From: Leucoraja ocellata
Lineage: Eukaryota
Length of the DNA: 64,000 bases
NCBI GenBank assembly: GCA_036785375.1
Contig: JAWMAR010000104.1
Span: forward strand, 4,526,001-4,590,000
Direction of reading: 5' to 3'
Shown: positions 1-11,089 of the stretch, in pieces
Layout of the letters: each line of letters begins with the position of its first letter
How positions within the stretch are numbered: the stretch's first letter is position 1
Program-made: the position numbers and the translations under genes
Notes under the pieces: generated by a model
The model's database searches: none
What the model was told of the DNA's origin: nothing
Seen by the model: only the letters and a program-made list of their open reading frames with translations

Positions 1-110
1 AGAAGGCAGGCGCGGGTTATTGATTGGGCACGATCAGCCATGACCGCAATGAATGGCGGTGCTTGATCGAAGGGCCGAATGGCCTCCTCCTGCAGCTATT
101 TTCCATGTTT
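1..110 (+). mobile_element. 3' tail of CR1/HER1-like LINE (cut by window edge)
   Basis: GATCAGCCATGA...GAAGGGCCGAATGGCCTCCTCCTGCA...TTTCCATGTTTC; the same 3' end as the longer copies at 1140-1475 and 8225-8580. Confidence 0.7.
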
Positions 111-429
111 CAAAAAAATCAAAATCACCACGAAAAACTATAGGTGAGATTGGGAATCATTCTTCCACCAAACACGAAACATGCTGCTACCGTGATTTAG
201 CTATTGCTGAAAACACTCACCGACTCAAATATCACCTGAGGAAGGTAATCAAATTATCGCGTCATGCCTTAGATCCTTTATAAGAACTGTGAACGAATAA
301 AAATGTGTTTTCAGTGGGTGAAGATGGGAATAAAGTAGACAAATACACTCAGTGGTTGGTGGAGCTGTTAGGACAAACTATGCTTCATTTTTTCTTTAAT
401 AGCTAATTTAATGAATGACCAATATGAAG

Positions 430-1130
430 GGAATGGGACATGCTCCTGTTAACAAACTGATGTGGATATGTGGTGAAAGAAAAGTGTATTTTGTTTAAAA
501 GGGAACACGCGTGCACAGGGTTGTGATCAATGTATATGGCATGGTCGCCTCCCTTAGCTGCGGTATTGAATGAGATAATTGAGTTTTAGTTGAACAAAAC
601 ATTATATTGGCTGGATTTGAATTGTTCTGTGCAGGTCTCGGCAGCACACTGCAGAAAGGGTTTGTTTAAGCAAGTGACAGGGAAAAACAGACTCAAATAA
701 CTTTGCCAGGATAAGAGGGGTTACGTTAGCATGGCAGGTTGTATACGCTAGAACTGTATTCCCTGCAGTGAACACAGTTTAGGGCAGTCATGAGAGCGAT
801 ATATTCAATCATGAGAGACACCGGTAGGGCAGTTGGCCAATAGGCATTTCAAATGTTACGGAGTCCAACAGTAAAAGATGGGGTTTAAAGATCAGCGGGA
901 GGAGGTTTAAAGCCGCCTGCCGGTCGCATCATGTCTGAAAAGAAGAACTCCATGGGGATTGAATTAGCGCTATAGGTGGTGGAGACAGGAAAACGCAAAT
1001 GTGTCAAAGGTACTTAACGGTAATGTGAAAATGCGTGGAATTGATGGATATGTAAAATATGCAAATGTTGAATTAATCTAGATAAACATTATTGTCAGGG
1101 TAGACGCGGCGTGTTTCTATGTTCTATTCT
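430..1130 (+). mobile_element. Ancient degenerate CR1-type LINE ORF2 3' remnant, part of the duplicated Pcdh unit
   Basis: Decayed GCATATGGCATG..GCCT..TAGC.GCGGTATTGA..GCTGGATTTGAA.T.TT.TGTGCA block. Paralogous copies at ~7500-8200, ~22160-22550, ~29260-29830, ~35660-36210, ~44905-45600, ~57950-58320 and ~63770-64000. Confidence 0.55.
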
Positions 1131-1139
1131 TTAGAAACA

Positions 1140-1475
1140 TATAAAATATAAAAGGACTGGACAAGCTAGATGCAGGAAAAATGTTCCCAATGTTGGGGGT
1201 GTCCCGAACCAGAGGCTAAGAATAAAGGGGAGGCCATTTAAACCTGCGATGAGAAAAAAAAACTTTGCACTCAGAGAGTTGTGCATTTGTGGAATTATTT
1301 GCGACAGAAGGCAGTGGATGCCAATTCACTGGTGAAAGATAGGGCTCTAAGGGGTAGCGGAATCAAGGGATATGGGGAGAAGGCAGGCACGGGTTACTGA
1401 TTGCGGATGATCAGCTATGATCACAATGAGTGGCGGTGCCAAAGGGCCTCCTCCTACAACTATTTTCTATGTTTC
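1140..1475 (+). mobile_element. CR1/HER1-like LINE 3' fragment
   Basis: Encodes decayed CR1 ORF2 C-terminus (GLDKLDAGKMFPMLG...TQRVVHLWN..) and ends in a TTTCTATG-type tail. The same insertion is present at 8225-8580. Confidence 0.75.
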
Positions 1476-1821
1476 AACACCTCAATGCAAAATATGAAAA
1501 CCCGAACCGAAATGATAAGAGACAACAGTGCTGAGATCCAGGGGGTTCCAACGTCCATTTGGAAGATGATGTTCAGTTTTTCAATCGCGCGCCATTGCTT
1601 TGTCCTTGCTCCAACAGTGCTGGAAGTCAGAAACAAAACGGTTAACGTGCAAATATTGTGAATAAAAATGTTATGTAAAACAAAAATATCAACATAGTCC
1701 CTGAAGATTGTACGCACGTGAAGATAGATACACATGCTGGAGTAACTCAGCAGGTCAGGCAGCTTCTCTGGAGAAAACGAATAGCTTACTAGAATAGAAT
1801 ATTAATATAGATATTAATCTA

Positions 1822-2320
1822 GAAACCTACATGTCTTTGGTATGTGGCAGTAAACCGAAGTACTCAGAGGAAAATCATGTGGTCACAGGTAGGGACGTAC
1901 AAACTCCGTACAGACAGCATCCGTAGCCAGGAGTGAACCGGGGTCTCTGATGTTTTGAATGAATGAATGAATAAGTTTATTGGCTAAGTATGTATACATA
2001 CAAGGAATTTACCTTGGTGCTCCGATCGCAACTAACAACACGACATTCAGTAAACAATTAAGAATGAAGCATAAAACATTAAGAATAAAACAGGATAGTT
2101 GAAACATGTTAATAAAATAAAATACGAGAGCGAAAAGAGGCTGCAGACTTTTGGTTATAGAGTAGTGCTACTGCTCGTGGGGAAAAAAATGTTTTTTTTA
2201 AATCCGACTGCGGCAGCTTTGACAGTCCGGAGTCGCCTTCCAGATGTAAGTGCTTCAAAGAGTGACCAGGGTGAGAGGGGTCAGAGAAGATCGAGGCAGC
2301 AAGTCTACCGCTGAGGCACT
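1822..2320 (-). mobile_element. HE1/V-SINE-like element interrupted by a LINE 3' fragment (~1955-2290)
   Basis: GGAAAATCATGTGGTCACAGG..ACGTACAAACTCCGTACAGACAGCA..GAACCGGGGTCTCTG, resuming at GAGGCAGCAAGTCTACCGCTG; this resembles the reverse complement of V-SINE 5' and core regions. The interrupting piece starts with a (GAAT)n tail. Confidence 0.6.
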
Positions 2321-2509
2321 AAGCCGCACTACTTCGCCTTCAGCTTGCTTCTCCCCCCCCCCCCCCCCCCCCCCCCAAGATTCCAGCATCACCATATTGT
2401 ATTCAATAATGTTGTCTTCATTTGAAATGTCTCCGTTTGTAATTCGAACTTTTTCATGTTATGGATGATCTTGTCGATGAATGCTCTGATTGCAGTGTTC
2501 CAATATTAA

Positions 2510-2851
2510 CACCTGCGGCCTACACAATCTTGAAGCCGCGGTCTCCGGTGAGGAAAGACCGATCCTGGACTGGACTCTGGACTCTGGTCTTGTCCACGGG
2601 GGGGGGGGGGGGGGGGGAATGGAGGAGGACGGCCAAAATTTTTTGTGCCTTCCACCACAGTGATGAATGCTGTGGTGGATGTTTATGTTACATGTTGTGT
2701 CCTGTTTATGCATTTTATTATTTTGTTAGCCCATCTTTATGCTTTGTATGGAACTGATTTTTAAATTATGTAAAGCACTTTGGGGTCAATGAAAATTGAC
2801 TATAAATGTGCTATATAAATAAACTTATTATTATTATTATTATTATTATTA
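2510..2851 (+). mobile_element. SINE-like repeat with L2-type 3' end and (TTA)n tail
   Basis: TGTAAAGCACTTTG...GTGCTATATAAATAAAC followed by (TTA)n at ~2825-2851; internal poly-G. Confidence 0.5.
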
Positions 2852-3295
2852 TCAGCAAACAATTGGATGCAGACAGAAAGATATTTCGCGTAATTGAACA
2901 AATAACATTTGTACCACTCTTGCTTGAAGGCTTGATTGCATTTGTGTACGCCCATTCAATTGCGAATTCCCTCCAGAGAAAATCGGTGCCACTCATAGAA
3001 GATTGGATTGCATTTGATGAGTATGTTAATTTCGACCATTACACCAACTGGCCCATCTTTGCGCAGACATGAAAAACCGAAGGAGCGTGGAGGACAGAGG
3101 CGAAATTTCGGATCGGACCACTTCTTCAGGCAGAAGTACTTATTTACTGAAATGTTACATACACAACCATTAATATATTTGTATAAACTAATGGATTCAT
3201 ATAAAGTGGCCATTCATTAAATGTACCCATCATTGAGTCTGAGTCACATTAGAACATTATTAGATCCAGGCATAAAGATCTTCGGCGTAATTGAA

Positions 3296-3495
3296 NNNNN
3301 NNNNNNNNNNNNNNNNNNNNNNNNNNNNNNNNNNNNNNNNNNNNNNNNNNNNNNNNNNNNNNNNNNNNNNNNNNNNNNNNNNNNNNNNNNNNNNNNNNNN
3401 NNNNNNNNNNNNNNNNNNNNNNNNNNNNNNNNNNNNNNNNNNNNNNNNNNNNNNNNNNNNNNNNNNNNNNNNNNNNNNNNNNNNNNNNNNNNNNN
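3296..3495. other. Assembly gap (200 N)
   Basis: Run of N. It removes the C-terminus and 3' flank of Pcdh gene 1; the round size suggests a placeholder. Confidence 0.98.
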
Positions 3496-5671
3496 GGAGT
3501 TATACCCGTGGATAATACGTCTGTCTTGTTTACACTTGATGCCAATCAACAGAACGATGATCAGAAGAAAGACAGCGGAAGTGCAACTGAAAATGATGAT
3601 TAAGTAAACATTTGGATCAGAAAACCCCCCTGGATTTTTCACCAAGCTACTGCTTTCGGACATTGCTTCAGTGCTGTTCTCCAAAACTCTAATATTCATT
3701 GTAACGGCGCTGGAGAGGCCTTGGCTGCCCATTGTCCTTGACCAAGATGACCAGAGTTTGTGTAGTCGCATCTGTCTGCAAAATATTGCGCGCAGTTCTG
3801 ATTTCACCAGAATTTTGCCCAACGTTGAACAAACTGGGATCGGTAGATTTCACCATCTGATAAAAGAGCCGTGCATTCTGACCAGAATCTGCATCAGTTG
3901 CCATTATCTTGGCGACCAAGTGCCCTTGACCGGCTGACCGGGGCACAATCTCCTCTGTTGCTGATCCACCTTGTTCCGAAGGTGAAACAATTACCGGAGC
4001 GTTGTCATTTTGATCCAGTACGATCACATTCACCGTGGCGCTGCTACTCAGCGGAGGTACCCCAGCGTCACGGGCTTGAACGTGTACCTGGAAGTTTTTG
4101 AGATTCTCATAGTCAAACGAGCGCAGCGCATAAATTGTTCCGTTCATTGAGTTAATGTTCAGGTAAGTGGACACTGGCAAGTTTTTGACTTGATTCTCCA
4201 GAAAAGCGTAGGAAACATAGGAATTCTGCTCCAGATCAGGATCCGTTGCAGTTACTGTGAAAATGGACACACCCGGGGCATTATTTTCCATGACATAAAT
4301 GTTGTAGGAAGATTCAGCAAACCGTGGAGTGTTATCATTAACGTCTGAAATTATAATCTCAATGGTTATATTTGCGGATAGTGATGGCGACCCCTTGTCC
4401 CAAACTGAGATAAGTATTTTGTACACAGATATCACTTCACGATCAAACATTTCACTGGTAATTAATTTGTAATGATCCGTCGCTGATTGTAGTTTAAATG
4501 GAATGTTATTTGGGATCTGGCAGCGGACTTGGCCGTTCTCTCCAGAATCGCGATCCATAACACTGATCAACGTTACGAAAGTTCCCGGCGGAGCATTTTC
4601 CGGGATTTTGTTGGATGCTGATGTCACCTTCATCTCGGGTGCATTATCGTTCACATCAATTACTTTGATCAGCACTTTGGAGTGTCCAGTCATTGCAGGC
4701 GATCCGTGGTCCACAGCTTTAACATCTAGAGCATAGCTGTTTGCCTGTTCAAAATCCAAGGGCCCTTCAATGCGAATATCACCGGTATCCGGGTCTAAAC
4801 GGAACAAATTACGAGCTTTTCGCACGGCAACATCACTAAACAAATATGTTATCTTAGCATTCTGTCCTTCATCCATATCATTTGCTTTGACTTTCATCAC
4901 TAAGGTACCTTTGGTGGAGTTCTCGCTTACGCTTCCCCTGTAAATATCACGATCGAATACAGGCTGATTATCATTGAAGTCCAACACAGAAATGAGAATC
5001 TGAGTTGTGCCTGATCTCTGAGGGGTCCCGCCGTCAGTCGCAGTAAACACGAGTTGAAATGATGATTGCATCTCTCGGTCCAAAAATTTCTCCAACAGCA
5101 ATTCGGCAATTATAAACCCGTCATCGGTTTTCTGTGTTTTTAGACTAAAGTACGCACAGGAACTGATTGTGTAGGCGGCCACGGTATTTATTCCAATGTC
5201 AGCATCATCTGCGCTCTCGAGACGGAAACGTACACCGGGTGCGCTCGCTTCCGATATCTGTAGCACCATGCTGCTGTGCGGGAAAGTGGGCGCATTGTCA
5301 TTTACATCAAAAATCTCGATTTTTCCGCGATGCACCTCGGAAGGATTTTCCAGTATTGTTTCGAAAGATATAGTACACTTATCGTCCTGTCTGCAAATAC
5401 GTTCCCTGTCGATTCTTTCACGAAGAGACAATATTCCATTCTCCAAATTAACCTTCAGGTACCGTCCGCCATTATCAGAATTCAGTCGTAATTTCCGAGC
5501 AGACATTTGCCATACATTCAGCCCCAAATCCTCAGCGATATTCCCAACAAATGCCCCCTGCTCCATTTCCTCTGGAATAGAATAATGCATTTGCCCGGAA
5601 ATTAGACCAGGTGCACATTTCGTAAACATGCACACAAACACAGTGAAGGCAAACCTCGGTCGGTACGCCAT
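3496..5671 (-). CDS. Clustered protocadherin gene 1 (gamma-like); apparent 1-bp frameshift late in EC6, 3' end lost in gap
   Basis: ORF 3689..5689, true ATG at 5671 (MAYRPRF). Signal peptide, QMHYSIPEE, EC1 C-X5-C, DRE/DxNDN cadherin motifs. An extra C at ~3719-3720 (+ strand AGGCCTTGG vs paralog AGGCTTGG) shifts the frame; the TM segment (VYLIIIFSCTSAVFLLIIVLLIGIKCK) continues in ORF 3244..3822. Either a pseudogene or a consensus error. Confidence 0.85.
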
Positions 5672-5819
5672 TGTTCCGCGCTCAGTCAATGTCCAAAACC
5701 AGGCCTCTCCTCACGTAATCCGTAAAATGTTCCAAGCACAAAATTTAAATATATATATATAATCTAAATACAGACTCGGAACAGTCGGGATATTTTCCTC
5801 CTAACATGGATTCCGCAAT

Positions 5820-5990
5820 CCAAACGCAGGCACTGCTCTCCTCTCTCGTCGCGTCTGACGTTTTTATTCTGGGATGTGGGAGGGGCAATGGATCCATCTG
5901 TGCACTTGAGCTTCTCATTGGTGGACAGCGACACGGCCAGTTCTTTTCGACAATTGCAGCTACAATTCTTAAAGCTGCACTGCTCTCCTG
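5820..5990 (-). promoter_or_regulatory. Conserved Pcdh promoter with CSE/CGCT box (core ~5914-5940)
   Basis: Minus strand CTGGCCGTGTCGCTGTCCACCAATGAG, ~256 bp upstream of ATG; the ~165-bp block is conserved before all eight full-length genes. Confidence 0.8.
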
Positions 5991-8224
5991 TTATTTAAAG
6001 GTGTGCAGCCATAACACGTATTAAAACAACAACAATGGTTATTTTGCTTGCAGCATTTAACTTCGCAATTCACATGTTCCGAGGTTTTTTGACCCAGAAT
6101 GTTAAAACGGGACAGTCATAATGCAATAGAGAATAAATGGATGGCATCGGTATTTCTATGATGCAACCTATCATATCAGAAACGTATCTTTACCTACAGT
6201 TGTTGGAACTCTCACAGTCGCACATAAGGGTAGGAAGAAAATATATTAATATAACGATTACGTAATGATTCCTTGTTTGAAATGTCTATTATCATTCCCT
6301 CTCTAACAAAAATACTTTATGCGAAGTTGACCTCCACCGTAATCAGAGGATATAATCTGAAAACATGCATTATCACTTTTCATATATTGGAGAAGGTATT
6401 CGTGAACATACTACTTCAACTGGGCAATTGTTGAAGAAAATTCCTGTTTGAAGTAAGTGATTATTGGATAAAGACATCGTCACGTCCATGTCAAGACGAG
6501 TTTGTTGACACATGCAAAATTAAGGTGAGGGATTGCTGCAAAATAAATCTTGCATGCAGCAGTTTCACAGGCACATAACCCGCAGACCCGGACATATGAG
6601 GGGAAGCATGGAACATAAGGATTAGTGTACGGCTGAGCGCGGGAAATTTGGTGAACTTTTGAATTATTATTTCCTTTGCGAATCTACGTTTCATGTTTTT
6701 CCATCCAATGATTCCGTTGTTGAAATTTGCAAATAAGTGACAATTGCCCATTGATTTGCAGGTGATTGTTCGTTTAAAATGCGCCCTGATTAATACTAAT
6801 CTCTTGGTGCTATATTTACACTGTAAAATGGCCTTTGCAGTGAACGTTGAGTTATAATGTGATGAGAAAATTGTAGTTTCATTTCTGCTACTGGAATTTA
6901 CAATGGATGCTCAAAGTCGGGCATGATCCTGGCAACTTACAAATGAGGCAAATCGCAGAGGATACAATGTTAATCAAAAATGGTGCATTGGTCATGTTCT
7001 CCATTGGTTGCAAGATTTGCGAAGATTTCTGGTGCCGCAATAGGTCAAATGGATGCCTATTGGACGACATTCTCAATTTAGCTCCGGGATTTACATTTTA
7101 TTATCCCATAACAGCGGGGATATAATACATTAACCGAACCAGGTGAAAGTATCAAAAAATTAAATCCTAAAATAAATATCAATCCAACATTTGTAATAAA
7201 ACCTGAAAATCAAAATCACCACGAAAACTATAGGTGAGATTGGGAATCATTCTTCCACTAAACACGAAACATGCTACTATCGTGATTTAGCAATTGCTGA
7301 AAACACTCACCGACTCAAATATCACCCGAGGAATGTAATAAAATTATAAGTACTGTGAAAGAATGAAAATACGTTTTTTCTCAGTAGGTGAGGATGGGAA
7401 TAAAGGAGACGAATATACGCAGTAGTTGATGGAGCTGTTAGGACAAACTATGCTTCATTGTTTCTGTAATAGCTTATTTAATGAATGGCTAATAGCAAGG
7501 GAATGGGACATGTTCCTGTTAACAAACTGAAGTGGATGTGTGGTAAAAGAAAGGGGTTTTTTTTGTTTCAATGGGAACACATGTAAACAAGTTGTGATGA
7601 AGGCATTTGGCAAGGTCGCCTACCTTAGCAGCGGTATTGAATGCAATAATTTAGTTTTAGTTAAACAAAACATTGCATTGGCTGGATTTGCATCATTCTG
7701 TGCAGGTCTAGGCAGCACACTGAAGAGATGGTTTTTTTAAGCCAGTGGGGGAGAAAGGCAGACTCCAAGAAAATTTGTCAGGACAGCAGGGTTTACGTTA
7801 GCATGGCAGGTTGGATGGCGAGAACTGTATTCCCTGCAGTGAACACAGTTGAGGGAAGTTATGAGAGCGATATATTCAATAATGAGAGACACAGGTAGGA
7901 CATTGACCAATAGTCACTCCAAATGGTACGGACGTCCAAAAGTAGAAGATGTAGTTTTACGATCAGAGGGAGGAGATTTAAAGCCGACCAGCGGTCTCAT
8001 CATATCTGAAATGAAGAATTGGATCTGGATTGAATTGGTGCTATAGGTGGTGGAGACAGGAAAAAGCAAACGTGTCAAAGTTACTTAACGGCAATGTGAA
8101 AATGCGAGGAATTGGCGGATATGTAAAATATACTAATGTTGAATTAATGTAGATAAACATTATTGTCAGCGTAGACGCGGCGTGTCGAAGGGTGTGTTTC
8201 TATGCTCTATTTTTTATAGAAATA

Positions 8225-8580
8225 TAAAATTATAAAAGGACTGGACAAGCTAGATGCATGAAAAATATTCCCAATGTTGGTTGAGTCCCGAACCAGGGGC
8301 CATAGTCTAAGAATAAAGGAGAAGCCATTTAATACTCAGATGAGAAAAATCTTTTTCACTCAGAGAGTTGTGAATTTGTGGAATTCTCTGCCATAGAAGG
8401 CAGTGGAGGCCAATTTACTGGGTGAATTTAAAGGAGAGCTCCATGGGCTCGTGAAATTAAGGGATATGGGGAGAAGGCAGGCACGGGTTACTGATTGTGG
8501 ATGATCAGCCATGATCACAATGAGCGGCGGTGCCAAAGGGCCTACTCCTGCACCGATTTTCTATGTTTCTATATTTCTAC
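8225..8580 (+). mobile_element. CR1/HER1-like LINE 3' fragment
   Basis: RGHSLRIK..MRKIFFTQRVVNLWNSLP-like coding remnant and TTTCTATG tail; same site as the 1140-1475 copy. Confidence 0.75.
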
Positions 8581-9950
8581 ACCTCAATTGAAAATAGTGA
8601 AAACCGAACCGAAATGATAACAGACAACAGTGCTGCGTTCCAGAGTCCAACTTGTCCATATGGAAGATGAAGTTCACTTTTTCAATCGCGCGCTTTTGGT
8701 TTGTCCGTGTTCCAACAGTGCTGGAAGTCAGAAACAAAAATGTTAACTTGTACTGAAATTGTGAATAAAAATGTTATGTAAACAGAAATATCAGCTTAAT
8801 TCATGCAGACTGTACGCATGTGACTATAGACACAGATGCTGGAGTAAATCAGCGGGACAGGCAGCTTCTCTGGAGAAAAGGAATGAGTGACGTTTCTGGT
8901 CGAGATCCTACTACAGACTGTACGAATGTGCTTTACAAAACAATGGCACAACCCTCTTTCAATGTCTCCAATACAGTGTCATCACTTTGGGAAGGCCAAA
9001 TACACACGTTATATTGACAGAAGAGCAAGAAAATCACTGCTTCACCTGAAAGAATGTTGGGTGCTGGAAAGGATTTGGTAAAAGAAAAGTGTTACACGTT
9101 TTGTGGTTTCATGGAAAACTTCCAAAGGACGGTGAGTGATCGGAAGGGTCAGAAGCCCACAACAGGGATTGATGAAGGCCACATACTTTTGAACTACTAA
9201 ACAGGTAGAGAAGGATCATCTGTGCTCAGTAACGAAATATATTTCGAATTGTGGTAAGCTGCATTGAATGTAAAAGCTAGTGAGTGGACGATGACAAATA
9301 GGGAAACATTATTATTGTTCTCCCCAGCAACAGAGGCGGGGAGAAGCCACTGTGAACAGATCCCTACGCGATTGCTGGGTGTGTTGGAAGCACTTTACAC
9401 ATCACAAAAAAGCACAATTTGAACCTCACGGTTATGCCTGCTACTACATTCGCTCGTTTATCCTCCCCCTTTCATAGATGTATATATATTCTATTAATAG
9501 ATTCCTCATCTGTCTGCTTCTTCCAAAATAACTTTTCTCATTGTGCCAAAATGCCCGTTTCTCAACAGAATTTGTCCTTTCCCAATATGTGCAGCCCAAC
9601 GTGCTCAGTGTTCCCAGTGCCTCCTACCCGAGATCCATAGGCAGGACTACCTCGTTTGGCCCATTCATTATAGCCTACTGTTGCACAACTGAACTCATAT
9701 GCTCATACCTCGAGTCTATCGCCGAATCCCCATCCCAGTCCTGTCCATTACCTCTCTATCAGGAAATAGCTCACAACTTATTCAACTTGCAAATGCCATG
9801 CCAATCCTCATTTTACCATAGATAACGTCGATTTTCCGCTTCCATTCCGCAACAGGAATACATTGGAGCATTCCGTTTAATCTAAGAATGGAGATTCAGT
9901 CTGTTCTGCTCAACGTATGCTCTCCTCCCCATGAATGAACTGCCAAAATG

Positions 9951-10413
9951 TTGCTTGGGTTTCAGCAACTAAGTTACAGAGACAGGTTGAACAAGTTAGG
10001 TCTTTATTCTTTGGAGCGCAGAAGGTTAAGGGGGGACTTCATAGAGGTCTTTAAAATGATGAGAGGGATAGACAGAGTTGATGTGGATAAGTTTTTCCCA
10101 TTGAGAGTAGGGTAGATTCAAACAAGACAACATTACTTAAGAATTAAGGGACAGAATTTAGGGGTAACATTAGGGGGAACTTCTTTACTCAGAGAGTGGT
10201 AGCTGTGTGGGATGAGCTTCCAGTGGAAGTGGTGGAGGCAGGTTCGATTTTATCATTTAAAAATAAATTGGATAGGTATATGGACGGGAAAGGAATGGAG
10301 GGTTATGGTCTGAGTGCAGATAGATGGGACTAGGGGGAGAGAAAAAAAGTGTTCGGCACGGACTTGAAGGGCCGAGATGGCCTGTTTCTGTGCTGTAATT
10401 GTTATATGGTTAT
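9951..10413 (+). mobile_element. CR1-type LINE 3' fragment with 6-bp TSD
   Basis: Coding remnant LSYRDRLNKLGLYSLERRRLRGD..FFTQRVV..W.ELP. Flanked by AAAATG at 9945-9950 and 10414-10419; absent from paralogous units. Confidence 0.8.
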
Positions 10414-11089
10414 AAAATGCCCTCCTCACCTGAATCCAAACTACCACTTGCTATCGTTTACTCTATGCCTTCCCCGCGTTTTTATCTACCAACAACTTTC
10501 CTCTCCTGTACTCACGAAAGGCTCGACCCTAAAAGTTGGGCTGGTTGGGCTCCGCAGGTGCGGTCTGAATCGCTGATTTCCTCTGGTAAGTTGTGCACAC
10601 AATCTCAGCATCTGCCGTCACTTGTCATTCAAATATATGGGTTGATTTATTTCTTGCGCCAGCTATTTGTTCTTAGGCATTTCTGTACGAGCACGTATCT
10701 ACAATTCCAATGGAACGTATCATTACGCGATCGGGACTCTTTTCACCGCAATTTTCATACATTAATACTTCAACTTGTAACTGGATCCAGCCAATCACAT
10801 CAAACACGCAATCCAATAAATGGCAACTAATTAGTGCATGTTATCCAATGACCAGCAGAAGGTCTGCCGTCGGAATTAACGGACACAATTTCAAGATACT
10901 TTCATTCCAGTTGCAGGAGCAATTTATTTTTCACAATTACAACAACCGTACTCCCATAAAGCGAAAGAGAACAATGCAACAATGGAATGTGTTCTCAAAT
11001 ATTTCACTAGCACTGATTCAGATTCTTGCGCAGATAAAATGGCCGCATTATTTTTAATAGTGTTCCTTTATACTACACATCAGCGCAAT

